A DNA stretch of 64,000 nt from a bacterium (GTDB lineage Bacteria; UBA8248): contig OZ241875.1 in assembly GCA_965203325.1 (NCBI GenBank), forward strand, positions 2,688,001 through 2,752,000, in the 5' to 3' direction. The position numbers and the translations under genes were made by a program. The first letter of the stretch is position 1, and every line of letters starts with the position of its first letter. A model generated the notes under the pieces. It made no database searches. It was not told the DNA's origin and saw only the letters and a list, made by a program, of their open reading frames with translations. Below, piece by piece: positions 10,947-20,678 of the stretch.

Positions 10947-11435
10947 TTATTCCCCCTTGAGGAGCCTGGGCCAGTTCTTATCGCCCAGTTTGATGTTGCC
11001 GGGGATGTCCTGCTCCCAGGTCTGCTGAACGCCCTTGCTGTAGTTGAGATAGAGCTTGCCGTCCACGATCTTCCAGGCTTCGGGGACGATGCTCGCCGTG
11101 TAGCCCCGGCTCACGGCGTATGCGCAGTAGCCTCCGTACCGGGGGGCGTATTTTTCAGGATTCGCGCGGAACAGATCGCGGTTTTTCCCGCTCGAGAAAT
11201 ACCAGGTGGCGCCCTTCCACTTGTGGGAGAAGGCCTTCTTCCCCTGGACGGGTTTACTCTCGGTGAAATAGGCCACCGGGTCATACCCCCGGATGGCGCC
11301 TCCCAGCAAAGTGGAATAAACGGGCGTGATGGCCGCAGCCGACACAGGAAGAACGAGCAAGAAGGCGGCGAGCCATGCAGTGGCCCATACCCGTCGGTGG
11401 CGAGAGTTCCATAGCGATTGATTTGGTTTGCGCAT
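10947..11435 (-). CDS. Secreted YHS-domain protein
   Basis: Signal-peptide-like N-terminus, GYDPVAYF, FRANPEKYAPRYGGYCAY, WKIVDGKLYLN; start position uncertain. Confidence 0.85.
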   Translation of the reverse strand: MRKPNQSLWNSRHRRVWATAWLAAFLLVLPVSAAAITPVYSTLLGGAIRGYDPVAYFTESKPVQGKKAFSHKWKGATWYFSSGKNRDLFRANPEKYAPRYGGYCAYAVSRGYTASIVPEAWKIVDGKLYLNYSKGVQQTWEQDIPGNIKLGDKNWPRLLKGE

Positions 11436-11553
11436 CTTTTGAGAGATCCTCTGAAAAATCAAAGCGGCGACGTTCCGAGGGTATTCCAATCCCCGGTCAC
11501 CATTATACCCCAAACCCGCAGAATTCGTTTCGCAGTCGCGGCGAAAAAACCCA

Positions 11554-12231
11554 TCAGGGGTCGTAAAACTCCGGCAGGGTGAGGTAGCCCTCGCGCGGCA
11601 GTTCATTGTTTAACGGGAGGCCCTGTCTTAGTTTCAGCCTCTGGACGGTTCGCAGATGCGCGAGCACGTTCCAGTAGACGTGGCGCAGGACCCCGCCGAT
11701 TTCCAGGTGGAAAAGGCCGGGGTGCTCTTCGTCTTCGGAAAAGCCGAAAGGGTGCAGGCGGACGGACATTCTGTGGTAGTCCACGGGCTTGTGGGGGTCT
11801 CCCGGGCGGTCGACTTCAGGGTCGGTGTAGTAGGTGAACGACAAGGAGCGCAGTCTCTCCTCGCTTTCACGTTCGATGATTTCACAGCAAAGCGCGGCCC
11901 AGGGCCGCATGAAGTCGACGACGGCCTTCTTGTCGCCCGCCGCTTCGGGCGGGACGTGGCGGATTCCCCCGTCGATGAGATTGGCGATCAGGCCGGCGGT
12001 GTCGGGAAACGCATAGCCCTCGTGGCTGAGCATCTCGCCCGCCCTGAGATACAGCCACACGGGCGTCATGAGGGCGATGTGGCGGATTTGCAAATCCATC
12101 GACCATCGCGCCCAGGGCGGCTCCTCATCGGCGTAGCACATCTGCTCGTGGGTCAGGCTCTCGACTTCTTCGTAGACGAGGTCGGGATAGTCTTCGAGAG
12201 CGATTCCAAGTTTTTTCCATTCTTCATTCAT
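11554..12231 (-). CDS. DinB/YfiT-like putative metalloenzyme
   Basis: WS..QIRHI and C-terminal RHVYWNVLAHL histidine spacing typical of DinB four-helix bundles. Confidence 0.55.
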   Translation of the reverse strand: MNEEWKKLGIALEDYPDLVYEEVESLTHEQMCYADEEPPWARWSMDLQIRHIALMTPVWLYLRAGEMLSHEGYAFPDTAGLIANLIDGGIRHVPPEAAGDKKAVVDFMRPWAALCCEIIERESEERLRSLSFTYYTDPEVDRPGDPHKPVDYHRMSVRLHPFGFSEDEEHPGLFHLEIGGVLRHVYWNVLAHLRTVQRLKLRQGLPLNNELPREGYLTLPEFYDP

Positions 12232-12419
12232 CGGTTTTCACCTCCGGGGCAGGTTATCACCGGAAGGTGCAATTATACCTTCTTGTAAGCAAGGAAAAAG
12301 AAGAGTAGAATTTTCCCATCTATTCGAATCATTTTATATTTGCGCACTTTTCCGTGTCGGGCTCTACGATGTCCCCGCAAGGGGGATGTTTCTATTCCTG
12401 CTCAGGGAGGATCATACCA

Positions 12420-13409
12420 ATGGCAAGAAGAATCGTTCCAATCGTTTTCGTGGCCATCGCGTTTCTCCTCACCCAGGGAGCGGCCCCTGCCTTGGGAGCC
12501 AAGAAGGTCGTCATCAAGGTCGGCCACATGTACAGCAACAAGAACCCCACGCACTACGGGGCCATCGAATTCGGAAAGATGCTCGACAAGCTCAGCAAGG
12601 GAACCATGGAGGTGCAGGTGTTCCTGAAGGGACAGGTCGGCGACGGAAAGACCCAGTTGCAGTCGGTCCAACTGGGCGCGATCCAGGCGACGTTCCAGGG
12701 CCTCACGCAGTTTCCCGCATACGACAGCCTGAACCTCCCCTATTTCTGGAAGAGCACCAAGCACGTGCGCTCGGTCGCCAACGGGCCGCTGTTCGAGCGC
12801 TGGCGCAAGGATTTTTTGAAAAAACGCGGGACGATTATGGTCAGCGTCATCAACCGGGGCGCGCGGCACGTGCTCTCGCGCAAGAAACCGCTCAAGACGC
12901 TCGCCGATTTCAAGGGTCTCAAAATCCGCGTCCCGCAGGCGCCCCCGTGGGTGCTGGCCTTCCGGGGACTTGGGTCGAAGCCCACGCCGATGTCCTGGGC
13001 GGACGTGTATAACGCCATGCTGCTGGGCACGGTCGACGCCATGGAGAACACCCTGGAGACGCTCTACACGAACAAGTTCTACGAAGTGGGCAAACACCTG
13101 ACGCTCACCTCGCACCTCTCCTCGACGTCGTACTTCATGGTGAACGACAAGTGGCACAAAGGCCTGAACAAGCAGCAGCGCAAGTGGTTCGACGACGCGC
13201 TGGCCAAGGGCATCGCCCACGCGCAGAAGATATACACCGACCTCGAGAACGCCTATCTGGACAAGTTCAAGAAAAAGGGCGTGAATATCTACAACATCAA
13301 CGTGGATGAGTTCGCCAAGAAGACCGCCTCGGCCGCGGAGACCATCGGCACGAAGGGATGGGGCAAGGATTTCTTCGCGAAGGTCAAGGCGACGCGGGCG
13401 AAGTTCTAG
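12420..13409 (+). CDS. dctP: TRAP transporter substrate-binding protein (DctP family)
   Basis: Signal peptide, DFKGLKIRVP, PTPMSWADVYNAM, VDAMEN. Confidence 0.9.
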   Translation: MARRIVPIVFVAIAFLLTQGAAPALGAKKVVIKVGHMYSNKNPTHYGAIEFGKMLDKLSKGTMEVQVFLKGQVGDGKTQLQSVQLGAIQATFQGLTQFPAYDSLNLPYFWKSTKHVRSVANGPLFERWRKDFLKKRGTIMVSVINRGARHVLSRKKPLKTLADFKGLKIRVPQAPPWVLAFRGLGSKPTPMSWADVYNAMLLGTVDAMENTLETLYTNKFYEVGKHLTLTSHLSSTSYFMVNDKWHKGLNKQQRKWFDDALAKGIAHAQKIYTDLENAYLDKFKKKGVNIYNINVDEFAKKTASAAETIGTKGWGKDFFAKVKATRAKF

Positions 13410-13459
13410 CAGGGTAGTCTGAATTCGCGCCGGGTAAGCACACGGCGCGGCAAGTAATC

Positions 13460-13498
13460 AAACACCGCCGGATATTGGTGAGCCGGCGGTGTTTTTTT
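13460..13498. terminator. Intrinsic, probably bidirectional, terminator between convergent dctP and dctM
   Basis: AAACACCGCCGG / CCGGCGGTGTTT stem followed by a T-run. Confidence 0.75.
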
Positions 13499-13506
13499 GT
13501 GTCGTC

Positions 13507-14793
13507 TTATTCGACCGGCAGCAGCAGGTTCGGCAGCCACATGACGAACGGTGCGTAATAGACGATGGCGAACAGGGTAACGATAAGCGGAATATAAAAA
13601 GGCGCAGTGGCCCGCACGATGGTCCAGAAGGGTACTTTCGTGATGTCCGACACCACGTAGAGAGCGAGCGCGAACGGCGGCGTGAGGTTTCCGATGACGA
13701 GGTTCAGCACCATAAAGACGCCCAAGTGCACGAGGTCGATGTCCAGCGCCTGGGCGATGGGCAGCATGACCGGCGTCACGATGAGCAGCAGCGGCGTTGG
13801 CTCCATCACCATGCCGCCGATGAGCAGGAAGATGTTGAGCACAAAGAGGATGAGCCACTTTTCCTGCAAAGCGGTCATGAGGAAATGAGCGAAGATGAAA
13901 GGGATGCGCTCGATGGTGATGAGTCGCGTGAAAACCGAAGCGGCCGAGAAAATGAACAGCACCACCGCCGTATAGATGATCACTGTCGATAGGATGCGGG
14001 GCAGATCGGATGGGCGCACCTCCTTGTAGACCACCATCCCGAGAAACAGCGACCACGCCACGGCGAGCACGGCCGCCTCGGTGGGCGTCGTGGCGCCCGA
14101 GCCGATACCGCCCAGGATGATAGCGGGCGTCAAGAGCGCCAGGAAGGCGGAGCGGAAGCTCTTCCATATCTGCGCGAGAGAGGCGCGCGGGTATTTTTTG
14201 TATCCCCGGTTGCGGGAGATGAAGTAGACGATCACCATCATCGCCCCGCCCATGAAGAAGCCCGGAATCACGCCGCCCAGAAAGACGCGCCCCGCCGATT
14301 CCTCGGCGATGCTCGCGTATATCACCATGATGATGCTGGGCGGGATGATGGGACCGATGCAGGAACTCGCGGCCGTAACGGCTGCGGAGAAGGGCTTGTC
14401 GTAGCCCTCCTTGGTCATGCCCTCTATTTCCACCCGGCCCAGCCCCGCCGCGTCGGCGAGCGCTGAGCCGGACATGCCGGCAAAGATGATGCTGGCGACG
14501 ATGTTGGCGTGTCCGAGACTGCCGGTCAAATGGCCCACCAGCACTTTGGCGAAATCGAAAATCCTGTCCGTCACCTTCGATATGTTCATGACCTGGGCGG
14601 CGAAGATGAACAGCGGAATGGCGATGAGCGAGTAATGCTCCAAAGCGCCGATCATGATGCTCGCCAGGAAGGTGACCGGCATTTCGGAGAGAAACGTCAG
14701 GTAAAACAGGCAGGTGAAGACCAGTGCGAAGGCTATTGGGGTGCTGAACGCGAGGAAGAAGAAAAACAGTAAAACGAGAATCAAGGCGTTCAT
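13507..14793 (-). CDS. dctM: TRAP transporter large permease
   Basis: AIPLFI, FAGMSGSALAD, IIPPSI, TPTEAA, LTPP. Confidence 0.93.
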   Translation of the reverse strand: MNALILVLLFFFFLAFSTPIAFALVFTCLFYLTFLSEMPVTFLASIMIGALEHYSLIAIPLFIFAAQVMNISKVTDRIFDFAKVLVGHLTGSLGHANIVASIIFAGMSGSALADAAGLGRVEIEGMTKEGYDKPFSAAVTAASSCIGPIIPPSIIMVIYASIAEESAGRVFLGGVIPGFFMGGAMMVIVYFISRNRGYKKYPRASLAQIWKSFRSAFLALLTPAIILGGIGSGATTPTEAAVLAVAWSLFLGMVVYKEVRPSDLPRILSTVIIYTAVVLFIFSAASVFTRLITIERIPFIFAHFLMTALQEKWLILFVLNIFLLIGGMVMEPTPLLLIVTPVMLPIAQALDIDLVHLGVFMVLNLVIGNLTPPFALALYVVSDITKVPFWTIVRATAPFYIPLIVTLFAIVYYAPFVMWLPNLLLPVE

Positions 14794-14809
14794 GCCGATT
14801 ACCTCTCGC

Positions 14810-15478
14810 TCAGACCGCCGGGGAACTCCGGTGGCCCAGTTCCGCCTTGCCCGTGATCAAACCCAACAGCTGACGCCCCGAGTGGATGATCATCAGGGTC
14901 ATTCCCACCGGAAACGACGCGCTCTGGTAGGTCTGCGGGAATTCGAGGGCAGAAGAAGGATAGGTCCATTCCAGAATAGCCACCTTGATCCCCTGGTACA
15001 GGAGCAGCAGAAGCGTCAAGAAGATGAGGACTTCGGTGATGGTGTAAATTCTTCTCTGTAAATTCTCTGGAAAGTGACCGACGAATGTTTCCATGGCCAG
15101 TTTCTCGCCGTGCTTGTATGCGAGTGCGGCGCCGAGAAAAATGGCCCAGTGGAAACACAGCAGCGTGATTTCCTCGGCCCATACAATGGGGTCGTTCAGG
15201 ACGTATCTGAAATACACCTGCATGAAGACGAGATAGCCGATGGCCGCCATGAAGGGAAACGCGAGAATCTCCTCCAGATTGCGCAGCAGGAACACACCGC
15301 CTTCGAACTTCACCTGGCGCACGAGGTATGTGATGAGGCAAGTGATGAGGATGACGGGGACGAGGTAGTGAAAAAGAGGGATGCTGATGAGCATGAGCGG
15401 CGGCTGGATCAGTGTTATGAAAACCCAGGCGACGGCCTTGAATAACGCCACGAAAGGTAGAAATATCCACTCCGACAC
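14810..15478 (-). CDS. dctQ: TRAP transporter small permease with extra N-terminal hydrophobic segment
   Basis: QVYFRYVLN..WAEE motif; adjacent to dctM. Confidence 0.85.
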   Translation of the reverse strand: MSEWIFLPFVALFKAVAWVFITLIQPPLMLISIPLFHYLVPVILITCLITYLVRQVKFEGGVFLLRNLEEILAFPFMAAIGYLVFMQVYFRYVLNDPIVWAEEITLLCFHWAIFLGAALAYKHGEKLAMETFVGHFPENLQRRIYTITEVLIFLTLLLLLYQGIKVAILEWTYPSSALEFPQTYQSASFPVGMTLMIIHSGRQLLGLITGKAELGHRSSPAV

Positions 15479-15592
15479 GACATGACCCCTTATGGGGAAG
15501 CGAATGTCCGATGCCCGGGATTTCCCTTTTTCAGTATGTCCACATTGTGCAGAAGCATGGAGCCGGGGTCAACCGGTCGTTTTCGGGGCCGG

Positions 15593-16693
15593 TTAGAGAT
15601 CGCGCCACGGCTGGAGCACGGTCTTCACCTGTTCTTCCCCGGGGAACTCCCCGCCCGTGATTCGCACGGCGCGCTCCGCCTCGGCGAGCGGGAAGCGGTG
15701 GGTCACCATCTCCGTGAAGGGATAAGGCGAGTGCGCCGCAAGGTCGAGCGCGCCCCGCACGGCGTCGCTCGTGTGGCTGTATGCGCCCTGGATGCGAATC
15801 TCGCCCCACACCAGGGGGTCGAGTTCCAGAGTCCCCTCTTTCCCGCCGGTGAGACCTGCGAGCACCACCGTGCCCATCCTCCGCACGAGCCTGGGAGCGA
15901 GTCCCGCAGCGGCGGGGTTGCCCGTCACGTCGACCACCACGTCCGCCATCCGCCCGCCCGTGAGTTCCCGGACTTCTTCTTCGGGGTCTTTTTCCTCGAT
16001 GTCGATAGCGTGGTCCGCACCGAAGCGTTTCGCCTCCTCCAGGCGCTTCGCGTCGCGCGCGAGGCCGGTGACGATCACCTGTCCCGCGCCGGTGTGCTTC
16101 GCCACCGCGCACGCGCAAAGACCCTGGGGTCCGGGACCCAGCACCACCACGGTGTCGCCGACCGAGATGCCGCCCAGGTCGTGCGCCCACCGCACCCCGT
16201 TCGCCAGCACCGCGGTGATGAGCACGGCGGATTCATCCGTAAGGCCGTCGGGCGCCTTGTGGATGCCCGCGCCCGGCGGCAGGTAGACGTATTGCCCGTA
16301 AGCGCCCCACAGGTGCGGCGGCTCCGCGCAGGAGCGCACGCTGCCGTAGACCATCGCGTCCTTGCACAGGCGGCGGTTGCCGGTGTGGCAATACCAGCAC
16401 TGGTTGCAGCCCACCTGCGCCTCCACCACGAGGCGGTCGCCCTCCTTGACGCCGAGGCGCTTTTGGACGTTCTTGCCGACCTTGGCGAGGCGGCCCACCA
16501 TCTCGTGGCCCATGATGATGGGGTAGCTCCACCGGTGGGCGACCTTGCCATTGAAATACTTGTAATCCGAGGAGCAGACGCCCACCATGTCGACGTGAAG
16601 CAGGCCTTCTTCATCGCCTATCTCGGGCAGGGGGAATTCCTGCAGGCGAATTTTACCGGGCGTCTCTACGACGGCTGAAACCTCATGCGTCAT
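15593..16693 (-). CDS. Zinc-dependent medium-chain dehydrogenase (sorbitol/threonine DH-like)
   Basis: GVCSSD, GHE, structural Zn motif CNQCWYC..C, GPGPQG. Confidence 0.9.
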   Translation of the reverse strand: MTHEVSAVVETPGKIRLQEFPLPEIGDEEGLLHVDMVGVCSSDYKYFNGKVAHRWSYPIIMGHEMVGRLAKVGKNVQKRLGVKEGDRLVVEAQVGCNQCWYCHTGNRRLCKDAMVYGSVRSCAEPPHLWGAYGQYVYLPPGAGIHKAPDGLTDESAVLITAVLANGVRWAHDLGGISVGDTVVVLGPGPQGLCACAVAKHTGAGQVIVTGLARDAKRLEEAKRFGADHAIDIEEKDPEEEVRELTGGRMADVVVDVTGNPAAAGLAPRLVRRMGTVVLAGLTGGKEGTLELDPLVWGEIRIQGAYSHTSDAVRGALDLAAHSPYPFTEMVTHRFPLAEAERAVRITGGEFPGEEQVKTVLQPWRDL

Positions 16694-16723
16694 GGTGGTC
16701 TCCCGTAAATCGTTTGCACAGCG

Positions 16724-17380
16724 TCAGTCGGTGTCGAACTTCTGCGCGAGGCGGGGGAAGAGGTCGCGCATGGATTCGCCCCCCGCGATGCGCCCTTTGA
16801 CTTCGTTTTCGATATCCCGAATCCGGGTGACCTGCCGCTTCACCTTTTTCAGAGCGCTTTGCGGAACGACGGCCACGCCGTCGATGTCCGCGACGACGAT
16901 GTCCCCCGGCGCCACGCGCACCCCGCAGCAGGTGACGGGCTCGTCTTTCGCCACCACTTCCAGGCGCTTCGGGAAGGCGAGGCTCCACACCGATTTGCTG
17001 AACACGGGGAAATCGAGGTCGCGCAGCGCTTCCAGGTCGCGCGTCGCGCCGTCGATCACGCAGCCGAGGGCGCCGCGCCGCTTGCAGACGCTGCTCGCGC
17101 CACCGCCCCAGACGGCCAGGGGAGAGCCCGCCGCGTCGACGACGACCACGGATCCTTCCGGCACTTCTTCCACCGCGTCATAGAGGCTGAACAGCGCCTT
17201 GGCGCCCGGGTTTCTTACGGGCGCGAACACCATGGTGGCGGCCGGCCCTGCGAACCTGGGATACGTCTCGGGCGCATTGGGCCGGGGGCCTTCCATGATG
17301 AGGTTCAGCCCCAGGGCCGTTGCGGCGTCGCCGAGCGTCGCCGTATCGACATCCGAGAAAAAAGCCGCGTCCGAATTCAT
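16724..17380 (-). CDS. RraA / HMG-CHA aldolase family protein
   Basis: TATLGDA, AVWGG, IDGATRD, VAPGDIVVADIDGV. Confidence 0.85.
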   Translation of the reverse strand: MNSDAAFFSDVDTATLGDAATALGLNLIMEGPRPNAPETYPRFAGPAATMVFAPVRNPGAKALFSLYDAVEEVPEGSVVVVDAAGSPLAVWGGGASSVCKRRGALGCVIDGATRDLEALRDLDFPVFSKSVWSLAFPKRLEVVAKDEPVTCCGVRVAPGDIVVADIDGVAVVPQSALKKVKRQVTRIRDIENEVKGRIAGGESMRDLFPRLAQKFDTD

Positions 17381-17595
17381 CCGGGTCTCCTTTTCGTGTT
17401 GAAGACTTGGCTGCGTGCATCCGCCATGTTCGGGATGGGGGCAGTATAATCGTTCCAGGAGAAAAATACATGAGAACTCACCAGATCACGTTCACGGTTC
17501 GGACCACGGACTCCAACACCCCCAGGAAGGGTGAACAAACCCCCCGTTCGGGCTAAGATGGGTTCATCGTCCAAGTCTTGTTGAACGGGAAATCC

Positions 17596-19605
17596 ATGAG
17601 CCGGGAAATCGACCCCATCACCCTGGAAGTCATCAACGAGTCCTTCGTCGCCGTCGTCCGGGAGATGCGCGCGAACATGGTGCGCACTGCGTATTCCTCC
17701 ATCATCTACGAGGGGCACGATTTCTCCTGCGTGCTCGTGGATGGGGAGGGCCAACTCGTCGCCATGGCCGAGGACAACCCCGTCCACATATTCCCCGTGC
17801 CGATGGAAGTCAGAGAAATGCTCGAGCGCTTCGGGGGCGACATCCACCCGGGCGACGCCTTCATCCACAACGATCCCTATACCGGCGGAACGCACCTGAA
17901 CGACGTGGCGATCATCTCGCCCCTGTTTCATGGCGAACGAATGGCGGTCTACCCCGTCGTCCGCGCGCACTGGGGGGACGTGGGCGGCACGACGCCGGGG
18001 AGCATTTCCGGGAAGAACACCGAAATTCTCCACGACGGGATCCGTATCCCCGTATTGCGGATCATCGAGAAAGGGGAGATCAACCAGGGGCTTCTCGACC
18101 TCCTGCTCCACAACATGCGGGTTCCCGAGGAGCGGCGCGGGGATTTTTTCGCCATGCTCGCCACCTGCCACACCGCTCACAAGCGGCTGGAGGAGTTGGC
18201 GGCGAAATACGATTGGGGCGTCATGCTCGCCGCGAAGGACCGCCTGCTCGCGCGCGCCGAGGCCTCCATGCGGCGCAGAATCGCGGCCCTGCCCGACGGG
18301 GAATCCACATATGAGCATTTCATGGATCACGACGGGCACTCGCTCGACCCCATACGCATCCGGGTGCGGGTCGAGAAAAAAGAAGATGAACTGATCGTCG
18401 ATTTTCACGGAACCGACCCCCAGACCAGAGGCGCCTACAACGTGGGCCCCGCCATGGCCCCATCCGCCGCCTTCAGCGTCATCAAGGCGTTCCTGGACCC
18501 CAGGGGCGCGATCAACCACGGGGCCTTCCGTCCGCTCGACATCCGGGTGGAGCCCGGCTCCCTGCTCTCGGCGCGATACCCCGCGAGTTGCGCGGGCTCG
18601 ATGGAGGTGAGCCACGCCGTGGTCTCCGCACTCATCGGCGCCACTGCGCGCTTCGCGTCCGATGTCGTGACGGGCGACCTCAAGGGCACGTCGAACCATG
18701 TCTACATCGGCGGGCGGGACGCGCGAAGCGGAGAGCCGTTTCTCTTCTACGAGTTTCCGGCGGGCGGCACGGGCGGCTTCGCAGAGAACGACGGCAACAA
18801 CGCGACCCGCAATTTCACGGAAGGGGATTTCGCCTCGATCCAGTCGGTCGAGGTCATCGAGCAGGGCCAGCCGCTCAAGATCAGGGAGTTGTCCCTGCGC
18901 GCGGACTCGGGTGGGGCCGGCGAGCGGCGTGGCGGCCTGGGCCTGCGCCGTGCGGTGGAAGTGCTGGCGGAGAATGCGTTGCTTTCCATCTCATCGGACA
19001 AGAACGTCATTCCGCCCTTCGGCGTTCTCGGCGGCGGGCCGGGGAAGCCCAATCGCTTCGGCGTCGCGCGGGGCGGGGAGACACTGGCGCCTTCCGGGAC
19101 GCCCGGAAAGGCGGCGGGTTTTCCGCTAGAGCGGGGCGATGTTTTCGTCATGGAGACCTCTGGAGGCGGTGGTTTCGGCGACCCGTTTCAGCGGGATATC
19201 GAGTCGGTTCTCGCCGACGTGCGCGCGGGCTACGTGACCGAAGATGGCGCGAGGGAGGATTACGCCGTCATTACTCGCGGCGGCGTCCTGGATGAGGAGG
19301 CCACGCGCGCGCATCGCCAGGCCGCCCGCGCCAAAAGGCGCGCGCTGACACTCGTTTTGAAAGACGAAGACGCCGGAAGAGATTCCCGCCGCAGGTGTTT
19401 TATGAACCGGAAAACGCTGACAGGCCGTCATCTCGAAGGAGGAAGTCTGGTCGAGTTGCGCGGAAAATGGGGGGTGCCGCTGCGCGCGTGGATCGAAGAA
19501 GACGAGGGGCTGCCCGATAACGCCGTGGGGCTGGCCGCAGACGGGGTCGCCATACTCGACGCCGAAGAGGGCGACGGTGTCTATCTGTCTCCCGTGAGCG
19601 TTTGA
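17596..19605 (+). CDS. Hydantoinase B / oxoprolinase family subunit with C-terminal extension
   Basis: DPITLEVI, NDPYTGGTHLND, HWGDVGG, DSGGAG.RRGG, TSGGGGFGDP. Confidence 0.9.
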   Translation: MSREIDPITLEVINESFVAVVREMRANMVRTAYSSIIYEGHDFSCVLVDGEGQLVAMAEDNPVHIFPVPMEVREMLERFGGDIHPGDAFIHNDPYTGGTHLNDVAIISPLFHGERMAVYPVVRAHWGDVGGTTPGSISGKNTEILHDGIRIPVLRIIEKGEINQGLLDLLLHNMRVPEERRGDFFAMLATCHTAHKRLEELAAKYDWGVMLAAKDRLLARAEASMRRRIAALPDGESTYEHFMDHDGHSLDPIRIRVRVEKKEDELIVDFHGTDPQTRGAYNVGPAMAPSAAFSVIKAFLDPRGAINHGAFRPLDIRVEPGSLLSARYPASCAGSMEVSHAVVSALIGATARFASDVVTGDLKGTSNHVYIGGRDARSGEPFLFYEFPAGGTGGFAENDGNNATRNFTEGDFASIQSVEVIEQGQPLKIRELSLRADSGGAGERRGGLGLRRAVEVLAENALLSISSDKNVIPPFGVLGGGPGKPNRFGVARGGETLAPSGTPGKAAGFPLERGDVFVMETSGGGGFGDPFQRDIESVLADVRAGYVTEDGAREDYAVITRGGVLDEEATRAHRQAARAKRRALTLVLKDEDAGRDSRRRCFMNRKTLTGRHLEGGSLVELRGKWGVPLRAWIEEDEGLPDNAVGLAADGVAILDAEEGDGVYLSPVSV

Positions 19606-19655
19606 GCGTGTTCGGGGATACCGGGAGCGCTCTATGCCATGTCCGATGTAGATGA

Positions 19656-20402
19656 TTATTGTCTTTGAAGCAGGACTTGTAAGGCCTCGGTCGACTCCCT
19701 GCCTTGCGCAACAGTTTCCCGCAGCGCTTCCCTGGACTCCCCGCCTTCTTCGATGAGTTTCCTGAAGGCTTCGCTCGATTCTCTGCGCTGCTCCCTGCCT
19801 TCCTCGATGAATTTTTTCCAGGCTTCGCCGGATTCTCTACGTTCTTTTCTGCCTTCCTCGATGAAATCTCTGAACGCCGCCCTGGACTCCCTGCTTTCTT
19901 CGATAAGCGTTCTTAATGCTTCGCTGGACTCTCTGCGCTGCTCCCTGCCTTCCTCGAAGAATTTTCTCCAGGTTTCGGCGGATTCTCTGCGTTCTTTTCT
20001 GCTTTCTTCGATAAGTGTTCTTAATGCTTCGCTGGACTCTCTACGTTCCTCCCTGCCTTCTTCGAAGAATTTTCTCCAGGTTTCACCGGATTCTTTGCGT
20101 TCTTTTCTGCCTTCCTCGATGAGTTCATTCAAACTTTCGCGGAACGCCGCTCTTGATTCCCTGCTTTCTTCTATAAGTTCTTTCAGGGTTTCGCTGGATT
20201 CTCTGCGTTGTTGTCTGCTTTGTTCAATGAGTTCGCTGAGCGCCGCGGAGTTCTCGTCCTGCTGCTTCGAGCGGACCCTGTTGCCCCAGAGCATCGCGGC
20301 GATTCCACTGCCTATCAGGAGGCATTGCAACCCCCCGACAACCGCGACAACCCAGATATTCAATTCCATTAACGCCAAAGTCGCTGCTTCAAATTCCGTC
20401 AT
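19656..20402 (-). CDS. Membrane-anchored helical protein with tandem 18-aa E/R/K-rich repeats, function unknown
   Basis: GAGGAG RBS, one N-terminal hydrophobic segment, then repeats such as ESSEALRTLIEESRKERR and ESGETWRKFFEEGREERR. Confidence 0.75.
   Translation of the reverse strand: MTEFEAATLALMELNIWVVAVVGGLQCLLIGSGIAAMLWGNRVRSKQQDENSAALSELIEQSRQQRRESSETLKELIEESRESRAAFRESLNELIEEGRKERKESGETWRKFFEEGREERRESSEALRTLIEESRKERRESAETWRKFFEEGREQRRESSEALRTLIEESRESRAAFRDFIEEGRKERRESGEAWKKFIEEGREQRRESSEAFRKLIEEGGESREALRETVAQGRESTEALQVLLQRQ
19700..20255 (-). repeat. Coding tandem repeat, 54-bp unit with 108-bp higher-order period
   Basis: 19891-19976 and 19999-20084 are near-identical and 108 bp apart. 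Confidence 0.9.
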
Positions 20403-20678
20403 TTTTGTGCACTCCTCAAGGACTCGAATGGATGATATTCGGGTCCTCTTGAACGCTCGTGCAACAGCATCATAGCGTTTTCCGGCGATTGCCTCAACTT
20501 GATTCAGGCGGGCGTGAGGGTCTTATTCCACCGGCGAATCCGGACTGGGAGCCGCGAGTAATTCCCGAAAGAACCTTTGGGCGATTCAAGAACCGATGTA
20601 TCATCGCCGTTTGTATCTCCAAATCGATTCGTTATGAGCGCGATACTTATTGGATTTTTTCAGGGGACGGCCTGCGCA

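Noticed and set aside
10947..11435. Selenocysteine recoding in the YHS protein
   Set aside because: The GGYCAY position is encoded by TGC (Cys) and there is no in-frame TGA.
19700..20255. Possible CRISPR array
   Set aside because: Units are degenerate, contiguous and in frame within an ORF; there are no unique spacers and no cas genes.
19753..20475. 240-aa Ser/Leu-rich plus-strand ORF
   Set aside because: Antisense shadow of the repeat protein, with no convincing RBS or protein features.
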